Shown piece by piece: positions 54,269-64,000 of a DNA stretch of 64,000 nt (position 1 is the first letter of the stretch; every line of letters starts with the position of its first letter). The stretch is from Octopus vulgaris (taxonomy: Eukaryota), in assembly GCA_951406725.2 (NCBI GenBank), contig OX597815.1, positions 87,730,001-87,794,000 of the forward strand. The letters run 5' to 3'. The notes beneath the pieces were generated by a model. That model was not told where the DNA came from. It did no database searches and saw only the letters and a program-made list of their open reading frames with translations. Position numbers and translations under genes: made by a program.

Positions 54269-54753
54269 CAATAATAATTCTCTAAAAGAGATATAGACAG
54301 TAACTGCTCGATAACATAAGGGACTAAAGCCATCTGAATATGGCTAGGGACAGGGCAGGGTGGTGGGGGTGTTACTGTTGCATTTAGCCCCAGGCGAACA
54401 TCGACGTCGCCAGACAGGCTTGACACCATCACGGTGTCAACACCCCCACCACCCTGCCCTGTCCCTAGCCATATTCAGATGGCTTTAGTCCCTTCTGCAT
54501 CGAACACTTTGAACATATACTTCAAACTATATATCAACTATACATGAACTATATATCAACTATACATGAACTCTAAGATGTCTGACTCCGTTGTGTATTA
54601 TAATTGAATTTCTTGTGTTTGACGGCATGAGCTGTCTCTTTTTATATATAACTTTTTTTGATAAGGTTCATTTCAGGAACTGAAACATGTTATAATGTAT
54701 ATATAAAAATTAAAAATTTTATAATACAGCAGCATTTTCTAACTTCATTTTTT

Positions 54754-54795
<42 letters not shown>

Positions 54796-55139
54796 GTTTA
54801 TTTTTTATACTTTATTTTTACCGTTATTGTTTTTTACGTTTTTGTATTCTTATTGTTGTCACGTATTCTGTTTTTTTGTTCGTGTACTTCGTTCGTTTTC
54901 CGTCCTCGTGTTGTATACATTCGAAGCTTTCTTCCAGGGGATCTAATGCACTTGGCTTAGATTTCCCGTGGCGGGCTGCCCATATCGGAGCAATCTCAAG
55001 ATTAATCAGCCGAAATTGCTAAGATGATCTGGTTCTTGACTGATGACTGAGGGCTTCGAATGTCCCGTCCTGTGGTTCTTGTGTCGTCTCTGTGGCGTTT
55101 CATGTTCTTGTCCATGTCTGTAATTATTTTTACTGTTTA

Positions 55140-55178
<39 letters not shown>

Positions 55179-55227
55179 TATATATATATATATATTAATT
55201 ATTTATTTTTATATATATATATATGTA

Positions 55228-55263
<36 letters not shown>

Positions 55264-55515
55264 TGTATGTATGTATGTATATATGTATGTATGTATGTAT
55301 GTGTGTATATATGTTTGTGTGTGTGTGTGTGTCCCAACATCGCTTGACATCGATGCTGGCGTGTTTTACGTCCCCGTAACTTAGCGGTTCGGCAAAGAGG
55401 CCGATATAAGTACTAGGCTCACAAAGAATAAGTCCTGGGGTCGATTTGCTCGACTAAAGGCGGTACTCCAGCATGGCCGCAGTCAAAATGACTGGGAAGA
55501 ATTAAAGAATAAACG
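54171..55515 (+). mobile_element. SINE-B split by ~1.1 kb of insertions in its internal (TA)n
   Basis: Left half ends GAAGCTCGCCG-TATATA at ~54229. Right half resumes TGTGTCCCAACATCGCTTGAC at ~55330. Confidence 0.75.
54318..54494. repeat. Perfect 56-bp inverted repeat with junction hairpin
   Basis: Arms 54318-54373 and 54439-54494; TTGACACC-atcac-GGTGTCAA at 54420-54440. Confidence 0.92.
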
Positions 55516-55596
55516 AATATGCGTATCTATCTATCTATCCATCCATCCATCCATCCATCCATCCATCCATCCATCCATCCATCCATCCATCCATCC

Positions 55597-55655
<59 letters not shown>

Positions 55656-55997
55656 AGCTCACGAAATTAAGGTCGTGAATTCGATACACGGTGGCACGTT
55701 CGGTACTTGAGCAAGACAATTATTTCAAGTTACTCCAGTCCACTCAGCTGAGTTGTATCTGTATTTCAAAGGGTCAGCCTTGTCACATTCTGTGTCACAC
55801 CGAACCTCCTCGAGAACTTACGTTAATGATACGCGTGTCTGTGGAGTGCTCACCCCTTGCAATGTTAACTTCACGAGCTGACTATTCGGTTGATCGAGTC
55901 AACGGGAATACACGTCGTCGTATCCAACAGAGAAGCAGGCCACACACACACAAACACATACGTGCGCGCGCACACACACACGCACGCACACGCACAT

Positions 55998-56028
<31 letters not shown>

Positions 56029-56235
56029 CACGTACATATTTATACACGCACAAATATTAAATTTTATGTATATATAAAAAATCTACTATATAATTCATAT
56101 ATGCAAATGAATCATATATGCGTGTCTGCCTGTCTGACTGCGCATCTCATTCACTTTCTCTCTCCCGCTTTTACATTCTCTGCTTAATGTGTAGTTAAGT
56201 TATTTATGTGTCGGTGCATGTGTTGTGCTGGATAC

Positions 56236-56296
<61 letters not shown>

Positions 56297-57878
56297 GTCG
56301 CTCCACAAAAAAGAAAAAGAAATAAATACAAGCATCCATGCACGCACGCACGAACACATACACGCACACATATTTGTGTGTGTGAATGTATGTTTGCAAA
56401 TATATATATATAGAGAGAGATAAATAGATAGATAGATATAGATATAGATATGAATATGTGTGTGTGTGTGTGTGTGTGTAAATACATACTGCTTAAACGG
56501 GGCCGAATATGTGTTGTGTGCGTGTTAGTGTGTGTGTTTGTGTGCGCGCGAATTTCACAGTTTGCTATTTAATAAATATATGAATGAAAACAACACTTTG
56601 CATCCAGTGAGTTTTTTGTGATATAATGGAAGTTGCTTATTGTTATCACTTTGACATAGAGCCTTTCAAATGGCAAAAACCGACTGATAACTTTAAGTAG
56701 ATGATATAACAATACGTTGAGAGCCTGAGGGACCTATTAATTTCGATGACTGATAGCTAACCTTTTCCATCTTTATAAAAAGCAGCGTCGACTGTACAGC
56801 AATATTTTTTCACAGATATTACTAAATGTGTCCCGAGTTCCCTATCCACGCTAGAGTATGGGACATATTACCTGTTTGTTAGTTTGAATGTAGATGTGTA
56901 TGTGTGTGTGTGCGTGTGTGTGCCCGCGCGTGCGTTCGAGTGTGTCAGTGTTTGTGTATGTTTCACATTGTGTGTACTTGGGTGAGGTTTTTGCCTGGAT
57001 AAGTTTAGTTTAACATGCTAGCACACAATCGTAGGTATACCCGCATCTCTGTTGGTGCGTGGGTGTGTTTATATGCATGCGTATACAGCCACATGTGTGC
57101 ATATATGTCTGCACCTATGTGCATATATGCAAGTTTTCGTAGTTTTCGGGTGTATATGAATGCGTATGATTTCATGTACTTTTGTGTCTGTAAGAGTGTA
57201 TATAATTAGCCTTGTGTATATGTGACATAATGTTTGTGCTGATATTTAGACCCAAGACAGCTCTGATCAAGGAAAGGCGTTCCAACCGTAGTCATCCCGT
57301 CTTCATGTCAGAAACTGTTTCATCCATGTTCTTTTTTAAATAGTTGAGCATGGTGTTAAGGTGAGTTGGCTGTTATTTCTAGCAGGCAGACAAACCATAC
57401 AGAAGCACTTTTTATAACAGTGTCAGTGAAAATAATTTTGTAGGCACCCAGTCAAGGGACCACAACAAGGGAGTCAGTCAATCGTTATTCAGACTTGCTT
57501 ATATTACCGATACTTTTTTTTCTATTGAACTTGCAGAAATGAAAGCTAAATCAATACCGGTCCGACATAAATTCGAGCACAGATAAAAAAAAATCAAAAT
57601 TTAATCAACAATAAAATGAATGTATTTTTTAAAAATAAAAAAGCAATATCACGCAAAAAAAAAAAAAAGGAAAAAGGAAAGAGAAAATCCAAGAGAATGA
57701 GGTTACCCCAATTCTAATACCCGCCATAACCCCGGCCGCTTTCATCAGATCCAACCTGATACTATTGGCTCCAATCGAACTCAAATTCCTTCCTAATTCA
57801 AAGTCAAACGAAAATTCTAACACGAAATAAAAATTGATCAATAAATAAATATTTAAATAAATAAATAAAGATACTTAC

Positions 57879-58170
57879 TACTGCCTTCTCCAAATTTACT
57901 GTGGCGAAAATGCCGACGTAAACCCCTAAAACCGAGTTGTCGGCATACAACGCTGGCATCGTAAATATGCCACTCCAAACCGCATACAGTTTTCCAGTGT
58001 CCACGAGAGTAGACCAACACTGAGCCTTCATATTTATCATTGCCACCGGATAATCTCACATCCCCGGAACGATAACCAGTGGCCAAATTCCTTAACGTTG
58101 CCACATGGAAGCAGAAAAGTGCACAGATTATCCGCGTTAAATGCAGAAGAATTTCCCTTTTCTCAGCCAT
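57879..58170 (-). CDS. First coding exon of a secreted or surface SRCR-domain protein (lysyl-oxidase-like or other SRCR family; not resolved)
   Basis: ATG at 58170, hydrophobic leader (ILLHLTRIICALFCFHVA), then SRCR N-half GDVRLSGG..YEGSVLVY..GHWKTVCGLEWHIYDASVVCRQLGF....FGEGS. Ends at a phase-1 donor A|GTAAGT (GT = 57878-57877). Confidence 0.88.
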
Positions 58171-58465
58171 AATCCTAAGAACTTTGCTTCGCTCAGCACT
58201 ATTTTTCAGGAACTTCCCTCGTTTTTATATATCTATTTATAAAATATTATTTAATTGTTATAGTTACCATTAGTATTATTATAAATTATGTTATTAGTGC
58301 TCGCATGTATGAACTGTTTCGGGCTGTTGTTATCGTTGTTGTGGTTTGTTTTTGCTGCTGCTGCTGCTGCTGTTGCCGTTGCAGCTGTTGTTGTTGTTGC
58401 AGTTGTAAGTTGTCTTCCAAAGTGAGAAATATTACAAAGCAACTGCAGGACGACTAAATATAGGC

Positions 58466-58501
<36 letters not shown>

Positions 58502-59473
58502 GAAGATGCTGATGCTGCTACTGATGATGCGGATATTAATAATAATAATAAAAGTAATAAATAATGATAGAATCAGCAGGTGTTGGTGTTAGTGTTTTTG
58601 GTAGAGAATCCCAAGAAAGCCAATGTTTCGTGGATAGCTTTTCTTATCGTTTTTTTTTTAAACAAAGAACAAAATCTAGTGGTTGTTGTTGTTGTTGTTC
58701 TTGTTATTTATGCTCCTGTTGCTGCTACTGCCACTCTCGTCTTGACTTTGGTCCTATATTTAATATTTTTTTCCTTCCTGGTATTTCCCGATGGTTTAGG
58801 AATTAAGCCAAAGAATTTCAGAATTTCTCTCTTATAATCAATCCCACACTGTAAAATTTTCACTTTCTTTTTTCTTTCTTGTTTTTTTTTTTCTTTCTTT
58901 CTGCCTCTATTTCTGTTTTTGCCTCTCTATTCCTCTGTCTCTCTCGGTTAAAGATTGAATATCAAATTTAGATTTAGTCTATGGTTTTTTTCATTCCAAG
59001 ACACAATAACTTTTTTAAAATAAAAAAAAGAATACAAAACTAAGTAACAACAACAGCAACAATAACAATTTTCCTTTAGAATAAAATTAAATATAACAAT
59101 AACAAAAATTATTAAAATAATTTAGGAGCAACAAGCAACAACTATAAACTCAACCACAACAATAATTATAACAATTCCCAAAATATAAATTCTTTTTCAA
59201 TTCTAGTCACAGATTCTCTTTATAAAAGGGAATTGTTTCAGCGTATCTTTTTTTACATATAATATGCCATCACCTGAAGTAGTAATAGTAGAAGTAGTAG
59301 TAGTAGTAAGTACTCTGGTGTATTTTGTGAATGAAGGATTTGCTGCAGTTATTGTTCTTATTGTTTTTTGTTTTGTTTTGTTTTTATGAAGCTTTTATAT
59401 GATGGGAGCAGATAAAAGTAAAGTGACAAAGTGTACAAGTAATAACTTCTCGTGTTTGCAGATAGAGTTGCCA

Positions 59474-59512
59474 AACTGACTTCTGATGAGTGTATGAGAA
59501 GGCGCTTATATA
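59474..59512 (-). promoter_or_regulatory. Candidate core promoter (TATA-like plus TCAGTT initiator) for the SRCR gene
   Basis: Minus strand reads TATATAAG, ~25 nt, then TCAGTT, ~1.3 kb upstream of the ATG. Weak because the TATA is the edge of a (TA)n tract. Confidence 0.25.
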
Positions 59513-59515
59513 TAC

Positions 59516-59604
<89 letters not shown>

Positions 59605-60436
59605 TGTATGTATGTATGTATGTATGTACTTATACTTGTATGTATATGTATACCCACCTACTTAAATCAACAACATTGTATCTTGTAGGAGGATAAACAG
59701 ACACATACACACACACACACATACACATACATATATGAGTGGATTTGTATGTGTGTGTGTATAGGCATATATATATATATATATATACAGCCATGTGTAT
59801 GTGTGCGTGGGTGGGGCACGGGTAGAGGGGTGGGACCAGCGTGCACTTTCGTAGACAAATGTATATAGTATTCGAGTGTCTGTATGTGTGTGTGTACACT
59901 GGTTCTTTCACTATCCGAACACACTTACGTACACACACACACGTACGTACGTACACACGCGTGCGCGCACAGATTACGTGTGTTAAATGCATATGTATGC
60001 GTGTATGCGTGCGTTTATGCGTGCGTGTATGCGTGCGTGCATGTGTGCGTGTATGCGTGTGCATGTATGTGTGTGCGTGTGTGTGTGTGTGCTCTCGCAT
60101 ATGCAAGCAACAGTTCCTGCTCTACCACACACACAAACACACACACACACACACACACACGTACACACGCACGCACGCATGTACGCGCACTTGTCATTCA
60201 CTCCCCCCTCCTTTCAATAAAATAACGTATTTAATAGTATAAACCTTTTTTTTCTAGCAAGCAGTGGTGGCAACGAATATGAAGAGGGCGAGGTGAGTGG
60301 AGGGTTGCCGTTAACGGAGCTGAAGACGACTTACATAAGTGAGATTTCTTATGGCATTGTAGATATTGACATGACAAACTGTTGATTACATGGACACACC
60401 CACACAAACACGCCACTTATATTTTACTCGCGCGCG

Positions 60437-60467
<31 letters not shown>

Positions 60468-60499
60468 AAACGTAAACATACCACGTTCACACACATATA

Positions 60500-60661
60500 G
60501 GCGCAGGAGTGGCTGTGTGGTAAGTAGCTTGCTTACCAGCCACACAGTTCCGGGTTCAGTTCCACTGCGTGGCACCTTGGGCAAGTGTCTTCTACTATAG
60601 CCTCGGGCCGACCAAAGCCTTGTGAGTGGATTTGGTAGACGGAAACTGAAAGAAACCCGTC

Positions 60662-60723
<62 letters not shown>

Positions 60724-60935
60724 GTGTGTGTTTGTGTGTCTGTGTTTGTCTCCCCAACATCGCTTGACAACCGCTGCTGGTGTGTTTACGTCCCCATTAC
60801 TTAGCGGTTCGGCAAAAGAGACCGATAGGATAAGTACTAGGCTTACAAAGAATAAGTCCTGGGGTCGATTTGCTCGATTAAAAGGCGGTGCTCCAGCATG
60901 GCCGCAGTCAAATGACTGAAACAAGTAAAAGAGAA
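60500..60935 (+). mobile_element. SINE-B, full length (tRNA-type head, CORE-like ACCTTGGGCAAGT, internal (TA)n/(TG)n)
   Basis: A box TGGCTGTGTGG, B box GGTTCAGTTCC, tail ...GCTCCAGCATGGCCGCAGTCAAATGACTGAAACAAGTAAAAGAG. Confidence 0.9.
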
Positions 60936-61199
60936 AGAGAGAAATATATATATATACACGAACACGCCGCATATATATTATACACGGTCATACAAACATA
61001 TGCACGGAAACACACACACACGTGTACACGTCTATACGCGCGCACACTCACATGTATATTATGTACACATTTAAAATATCCGTACATACGTCTCTACTTA
61101 TTTTTACACGCACATTTACGCACGCGACCGCGCATCTGTGTGTCTGTGTGTGATGTGTGTGTGTGTATGTGTGTGTGTGTGTGTGTGCCCCCACCCTTC

Positions 61200-62750
61200 C
61201 TTAGGCTGCAGCTGTCCACCATCATTATTTCTTGCTTTGAGATACCAATTCTGAGCGTCACCTTGTCTCCCTATCTTCAGGAATTTCCCGGGATTCCGTA
61301 TTGGTATCATGTGCTTTCATGCCTGTCCTTTAAACGGCCTTGTAGAGCACCTAGGTACAGCCAATGAACCTCTTCCCGAATGCCAGTTCTTCATAGATGA
61401 TATGCTCTGGGAGGCTAGACGTGATTTCTCTATGCACTAGACGCAGTTTTCACTGTTTCAGCTGAATGTACATATTGAGATATCAAGCGTAGCGCTGTTG
61501 CTTTGAACAATTTATGTTACCGGGTTAGCTTTATGATACAACGAATACTTCTCAAATCGAAGGTGTTCAGTCTTCACATGTTTCGCTGACGGTCAGAAGT
61601 CCCAGGACTGTCGTTTTTTTTTCTCTCAGTTCGAAATCCATATAAGCGTGAGAGAAAATGAGCCATCACCGACTGAAGTTCCTGATAGGAGTAAGCTATA
61701 GCTACTGCATCATCAGCGAGCAGCATGCCCCTGATGAGAACAAAACATAATTTTGTCTACACTCTGAAACAAGATAGCCTCTGTTAAGATGCACAACGAA
61801 GAAGATTCTGAAGAGTACAAGTGCGAACACACAGCCTTATTTGACACCGTTGCAAATGTTGAAGAGCCTAAAAGAGCTACCATTGAGTTTCATCGCTCCT
61901 TTCCTGTTGATGTCGAAAGACTTTGTCATGCTCTTGCAGTTTTATGTGGAAAGTTTATTTTAACAAAAACCTTAAAAAGGCAGTCTTTGTTGTACACATT
62001 TATGAGGTTAATGGGAACGACGTACAAGGGGATAACTGTTCTCAGCACTTCTTTTTTAATGCGTCCAAGCTGACAACCACCTTTTCTGAAAGACTGTTAT
62101 ATCCACCGTGAATCTTTTGATCGCATTATTCATGACAGGTGATTTCTTTGAGTTGATATTCTGGATGTTTTCAGAGAGACCAGTCATCATTTTCCGGACA
62201 TTTCAACAGCTTTAGAATTGGTCTCCTTTGTTGTTTTGGTGCGATACTTTTTGTTTTCGATCTGCTGTTTGGATAGTTCCTATTTCCCATGCACCTTAGA
62301 AGGGATAGAAGATTGTTGCAGGACAGTACTTTATTGGCTAAGGGTTCCTTGGCTTGAGTTGTAGTTGTAGTTGTTTTGTGGAATCCAAAAATCCTTCCCA
62401 CTGTTAGGGATAATCCGTGCCGTTAAGCTGTATGCTAATCTATTGATAACTAAAGCCACCCGCTGTATGGTGTCAACACGGCAAGCAAAATTGGAGCATC
62501 CTCTCCAGATCGCTGCTGTAGACATGAGTATTTATACAGGTGTAAGACAGGATGCGTGCTTGAGCGGTATTACGGGGAGCAAACTTTTGCCTCCATTCTT
62601 CATGACACCGTTGAGTCTAAAAGAAGGGTAAAACTGTCACAGGTCTTACCAGCGTCGTCACGAGAACTATAAGAACGAGGAAGTAAGTAGCAACGTAGTG
62701 ACTTACAGGCTCCGACACTGGACTTATCCTCAAGGTTTATTCTCGTAGCC
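61200..62750 (-). mobile_element. Old, decayed RTE-clade LINE
   Basis: Minus-strand translation gives ICNGVK*GCVFALVLFRIFF, LIRGMLLADDAVA and LPEHIIYEELAFGKR, typical RTE RT and C-terminal motifs, with many stops. Confidence 0.8.
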
Positions 62751-63584
62751 TTGACTTTCAATGGATATGCAGTCAGTTCAATCAGCTGGCAAAAGATGAG
62801 TTGTATCTGTATTTCAAAGGGTCAGCCTTGTCACATTCTGTGTCACGCTGAATCTCCTTGAGAACTACGTCAAAGACACGCGTGTCTGTGGACTGCTCAG
62901 CCCATTACACACTAATTCCACGAGCGGACTGTTCGACTGGTCGGATCAACTGGTACACTTTGATGGAGAGCCAGGCCATATTTATATATATTTCAGTTGA
63001 ATAAATTTAAAACCGTGATGTTTAAACTGCATGCGGATTGGTCAAAACCGTATTCTAAAAATTCAGCGTGTTGGAGCGTTTTAAGAGGTACTATAGTTGT
63101 CAAGAACTCAACTGTCAGTTAAACACATTTGAAATCTGATGATTACTCTATCTATGAAAACGCTAATTTAACGTTATGAGCATTACAAAATATTTACTTT
63201 TTAATGTTAAAATACCATAATAAAAACTTGAAAACCAGACCGTATTTTAACTTTATTCAACTGATATATTATTGTATACACATTCACACAAATTTCAAAC
63301 AATATATGTATATATATCAGCATTCCAGGAAGACGAGTTCCATCGCCCCAAAGCACATGATATATTTCTTGCTCAATGACACAATATGACACCCGTTTCG
63401 GGAATTGTACAGTATGGGTATCTAACCCACACCGTACGATCATGAGTCAAGTACCCTCACCACTAGGTTATCGCATCTTCATTGCACACTTATATGTGTG
63501 AGTGTGCTTGTAAGTGTGAGTTTGTGTGCGTGTGTGTGTGAGAGAGTGAGTGTGTGTGCGTGAGAGAGAGAGAGAGAGAGAGAG

Positions 63585-63660
<76 letters not shown>

Positions 63661-64000
63661 CAATCAGTCCACGACAGTATGCCGGGCTGTGTGTTTGCAC
63701 CAAAGCAAACTTTTTCAACAGTTACTGATTACATGCGGCTTGGCTTTGAAGCAGAGATGCATATTCACATCTACCCTCTTCTCTCTATGCTTATTTGCAA
63801 TTATTTTTAAAATTTCATCCGGACAATCTAGATGCTAAAGCCATAAGCTGTTTTGAAAGTGGGTTATAAAACATAGCCAGATTTCGATTACATCGACATG
63901 CCACCATCCAGCGCATTTCAGACATTCAATACGAAGTTGATAATGCAACTCTCTGTCACTCACATCGGAAGCTTAACAATCTGTCAACAACTTCGGCGCA

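Overview
Eukaryotic, AT-rich, repeat-saturated genomic DNA. The SINE types and the very high microsatellite load suggest an octopus or other cephalopod; this is an inference from recognition, not a database result. The only convincing host coding sequence is a minus-strand exon at 57879-58170 (ATG, signal peptide, first half of an SRCR domain, GTAAGT donor). No partner exon was found, so the ~58 kb below it is probably intron. The rest is transposon-derived: about 30 copies of one tRNA-type SINE (SINE-A), about 7 of a CORE-like SINE with an internal microsatellite (SINE-B), a third tRNA SINE (SINE-D), and a ~200-bp (AAC)n-tailed repeat (family C). There are also three RTE-clade LINE remnants, an R4/Dong-type remnant, Tx1/L1 fragments, a Penelope-like element, a mariner, hAT and Tigger-like MITEs, and two non-autonomous Helitrons. 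Almost all ORFs in the track are microsatellite artefacts. The most interesting signals are: (i) several minimal hammerhead-ribozyme-like cores, one attached to the Penelope remnant; (ii) three fold-back (long inverted repeat) structures, two in (TA)n-bounded segments with family C-like sequence in their loops; (iii) a GAAA-capped hairpin in family C with compensatory changes between copies. Family names A-D are local labels. Boundaries of degenerate repeats are approximate.
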